DNA of 64,000 bases from assembly GCA_010356995.1 (NCBI GenBank), contig ML996701.1, positions 736,963 to 800,962 of the forward strand, read 5' to 3'. The notes below the pieces were generated by a model. The model was not told where the DNA came from. It saw only the letters and a program-made list of their open reading frames with translations, and made no database searches. The DNA is from Trichodelitschia bisporula. Its lineage: Eukaryota. Below, piece by piece: positions 60,494 through 64,000 of this stretch. Numbering within the stretch: the stretch's first letter is position 1; each line of letters begins with the position of its first letter. The position numbers and the translations under genes were made by a program.

Positions 60494-61177
60494 ATGGTGG
60501 TCCACGAGATATCGACGCGCGCCCAGGTCGTCGGCCTCAAGGCCGCGGGCATCACCAACGTGGAAATCCACCGCCTGACCGGCGTCCCCGCCCGCACCAT
60601 CAACCTGATGTACGCGCGCGCCCAGCGTCGCGGCTTCAACCCCGAGGTCACGCCCGCCATCGTGCTCGACTCGCACGTTCGCGACGCGCCGCGCTCTGGC
60701 CGCCCACGCAAGAACCCGAAGCCGGAAGATGGAAACCCGGCCGACCCTGCCAACCCTACTGCCGGTCCGACTGACGGCGCGCTCCCCGCTGTCGACGACC
60801 CGTCCCGCGACGAGTCGCCACTGAGCCAGACGGAGGCGGCTGTGGCGACGCATCTCCAGGCGGCCGTGGCGGCAGAGACACTTCAACAGGATGCGCGTGC
60901 CGCCGGCGCTCAGTCCGGCGTGGGTGCTCAGTTGCCGCGTCCGCTGCTGCCTGGCATCACGTCGGCTAACCATCAAGGTCAGGGCCAGAGCGGTCCTTAC
61001 TATTCCGGTATCGCCAACATGTCTCTCGTCGACCCGCAGCTTCGCAACCTGCCGCCGACGTACCCTGCGTTCCCGTACCAGCAGCCGCAGCAACAGCATC
61101 CGCAGCAACAGCAGCAACAGCAACAACAGCAGCAGCCACAGCAGCCGCAGCAGCAACCGCCGACCGAGGGATCTTAG
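60494..61177 (+). CDS. Tc1/mariner-type HTH + AT-hook + Q-rich protein (putative domesticated transposase DNA-binding domain)
   Basis: ISTRAQVVGLK..IHRLTGVPARTINLMYARAQRRGFNP..VRDAPRSGRPRK, then a P/A-rich linker and poly-Q. No DDE domain. Confidence 0.75.
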   Translation: MVVHEISTRAQVVGLKAAGITNVEIHRLTGVPARTINLMYARAQRRGFNPEVTPAIVLDSHVRDAPRSGRPRKNPKPEDGNPADPANPTAGPTDGALPAVDDPSRDESPLSQTEAAVATHLQAAVAAETLQQDARAAGAQSGVGAQLPRPLLPGITSANHQGQGQSGPYYSGIANMSLVDPQLRNLPPTYPAFPYQQPQQQHPQQQQQQQQQQQPQQPQQQPPTEGS

Positions 61178-63242
61178 CGCTCTGTTTAGTGGGAGGAGGA
61201 CGGCTTCGAGGCTCATGCCCTGCCGTAGAGTCTGCTATTTACAAAGGTATGGAGTTTGCGATGATACCCGGACTGTCTCGTATGTGGTGTTATTGGTCTG
61301 GATGCTGTCTTCGTAACTAGTGGTCGATGTCTTACGGTACCAATGCCACTGGATACAGCTTTACATGGTCTTTTCCAAGTGCTTACTCATGGATATGCGC
61401 CCAAATATACTTTTGATGCGGTGCCTTCCCACTGATTTCACGAGGTTTAGGTTCACGATCTCCAACACGGGGGATATGCGGTCAGTCAACGAATACGCGC
61501 CGTAGACTGTTCTTTGGCGGTAATCGGATGCTTGGTCCACGTGCATTCAGCTGCCCTGGCGGTGGTTGACCCTTGCCGGATTTCGTCCAAACTGCCTAAC
61601 CGAATACTTTGGTTGTGCAGCCGATTAGAGCCATATGGGAGCATGACGTGTGTCTAAGCTATTGGGCATGCCTCTGCTGTCAATACTTAACATCAATACC
61701 ATCACCTTCTTCAGCGGCTTTGCCTTAGACTAATATTTCAACAGAATAAGTGACGAAGTGGCCGTTCGAGCACCTTTTAGTCACCGTTTCTTGACACACT
61801 TCTTCCCCTTTCTCGTCAATGATACAATCGGAGGAGGAGACAGATCCATCCTGATGGAGGGAAGAAGCCACGAAGGGAAGAAGCCACTACAGTATAATCC
61901 ATTTACTAAATCACTGTGCACGAGCGGCCATGCTCACCTCTTAATATAGGGGAATCTCATTCGAAACTATGAAGCACACGGTCATCAGATTTGAAGCCGG
62001 CGCCGCAAGGCTAAGGCGATTTCCTGGACTCTGCCATCAGCCCTGGCAGTGCCGATAGCAAATCTTGCTCCCTTTGGGAACAGGCGACGATCAGCCATAT
62101 CAGGGCATCATCAGAGCCGCCAAGCCTTACCGGGCATGCCGGTATAATAGCCAGAAGGCTCCTCGGCGGTTACATCATCCAATCGGCCCGAACATGTATC
62201 CCGAGCTGGAGCAGTGACTTTGCCCGACTTTCGGGTGTCATTTCGAAGGGGCTCGAAGCTGTCGGCGGAGCCTTGTCGTCAGCACCGTCTTCGAGGTTCT
62301 CCTTTTGGAATTCACCCGGCCGACTGAAGCCAGATGAATGACTTGCCCTCCATCATTGAGTGACCAGCAGATGAGAATGTTCTTGGGATCAACAAGCAAG
62401 TACTTCAATTTGAAGGCGGTAAGAAACCAAACACGGGTATTTGTCATAGAACTCACGGTTATGGGCTTTCGACTAAAGAGTGACGCTTGATTCGAAGAGC
62501 ATCTAGAACTAGAACTAAGCTGCAGGCCTGCACCGCCGCTCATTATCTCACCGCTTCGACGCCCGTTGATCTAGCTACTGTACAGCATCATCTTCATCAG
62601 TTTTGAAAAGCTGTGTACTTGTCGAACATGGCCTCCAGTCGTGCAAGGAGCATCCACTCTGTAAGTCCTCACCCTACGGTGCCCGCTGCTGTAATGTCGC
62701 AGTGTAATCACGCACTTCGCATCTGCTCCATGAGGCTGCGAACCAATGCCACATATTACGGCAATCTGCGGCAATCTACGGGCGACCCTGCCGGACTACA
62801 AAAGCTCCGCAGCAAATTGCCATAGTGCTCTGCCTCTAGCACATGCCTTCAGCCTTGCCTTGTGGTCGCGGCCGAAGGATAGCCCGCTGACCTTGATCCT
62901 GGCCAATGCACCCCACACCGACGGATGAAATATCGAGGGAGTGGCTGAAACTCGGGATTTCCGGATGCCAACCGCCTCACTCTGCTTGAACCAGAGACTT
63001 GAGGGTGTTTGGCCAGGGGTTGGAAGGAAATATACGTGCCGTTCCTTCACACCAGAAGTGCAGGAGGGATCGGCAACTATTTTCTACCCGCCCATGAGTA
63101 ATGGCACTGGGGCTGCATGGTGCCAATGCGTCCTCTTTGCACCTCTGCCTGATTGAATTTGAGATGCCCTACACCTTGGCTTGTATAAACATTTACATAC
63201 ACGCTGACCGGGCCACAGCCTTCTGAGCGAGAATGTCATGAT

Positions 63243-64000
63243 ATGTCGCGACAACCGTCACCCGAATCGTCATCGGAATGGTGCCGCAAGAAGCGCAGAA
63301 CGTTTGCATGTCACGCCTGCCGGCGAAAGAAGGTACGCTGCGATCGTGTGTACCCGGTGTGCGGGCGGTGTCGGTACTTTGGGCAGTCGGGACACTGCGT
63401 GTACGATTCGAAGCCGTCAGATGCGAGCGAGAGCGCCGCCTTTTCGTACTCGGTGCCGCCCGACACCCCCAGCGACCGGCTGGCCGAGATGACGGATTTG
63501 GTGGTGCAGCAGTCACAGCGTATCAAGGAACTTGAGAGCCGAGTCGCCCACCTGGAGCTTGATTCGGGCCGCACGTCGCCCATCGAGCGGGACTGCTTCT
63601 TCCAAAACAGTGGATCGGACAGCCGGTTCGGCGGGCCTAGCGCGCCGCTTAGCATCGTCGACACGTCGTTGATGATCCTCACTAGCGTGAGTATTCTCAT
63701 CTATGAGATGCGTCAGCTAATCTCCAGTTCCCCGAGCTTGCTATCTTCATGTCTGACCCCACCGGCCACAGCCCAGCGCTGCTCCAGGCACGGAGCGAGG
63801 CATGGCAGCTCAAGCCGCGGCTTGACTATGCGCGCCTGGTTGCGGCGGCGGCGGCGTCGAGCAGCCTGACCGACTTGCTCCCTGACCAGGCCGAAGTCGC
63901 GCGGCTAACGGCGGCCTACTGGGAGCACCTTGAGCAAACGACGCGTGTGCTCCATGCGCCGACGTTCTGGGCCGCCTTTCGCGCGTTCGAAAACGGCACG
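63243..64000 (+). CDS. Zn(II)2Cys6 transcription factor (3' end outside the window)
   Basis: ACHACRRKKVRCDRVYPVCGRCRYFGQSGHCVY, coiled coil RIKELESRV, intron about 63687-63728, then the start of a fungal-TF middle domain (YWEHLEQTTRVLHAPTF). Confidence 0.92.

Noticed and set aside
61300..63200. Scattered ORFs upstream of the Zn2Cys6 gene, checked as a possible DDE remnant for the HTH gene
   Set aside because: No DDE-like motifs or TIRs recognised in the ORF track or by eye.

Overview
Eukaryotic genomic DNA from a filamentous ascomycete (Pezizomycotina, inferred from gene content and short GT-AG introns, mostly 40-55 nt, with CTRAC/CTRAY branch sites; no prokaryotic features). The window is gene-dense. 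Housekeeping genes include the CDC27 3' end, SLC1 AGPAT, alkaline ceramidase, peroxisomal ANT1, NudE, ACC1, an MFS transporter, an ACBP/Atg37-like gene, an SDR, GCP2/Spc97, proteasome alpha-5, QCR10, Sae2/Ctp1, CLPTM1, LOG and a Zn2Cys6 TF. There are three intron-containing tRNAs (Pro-AGG, Arg-ACG, Gly-GCC) and two accessory-looking patches (about 9-17 kb with secreted proteins and relics; about 39.8-48.2 kb). The most interesting signals are: (1) a head-to-head pair of a degenerate NACHT/STAND-like pseudo-NTPase and a large AAA+ ATPase; (2) a 123-codon open in-frame extension behind the ACC1 stop that ends in a hydrophobic, tail-anchor-like segment; (3) an intergenic 86-bp-arm hairpin whose mismatches are mostly G-U wobbles on one strand (candidate structured ncRNA or milRNA precursor); (4) a Tc1/mariner-type HTH fused to an AT-hook and poly-Q with no catalytic domain (candidate domesticated transposase); (5) a secreted betagamma-crystallin-like protein. 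All family calls come from motif recognition by eye; no database searches were run, and exon boundaries are manual.
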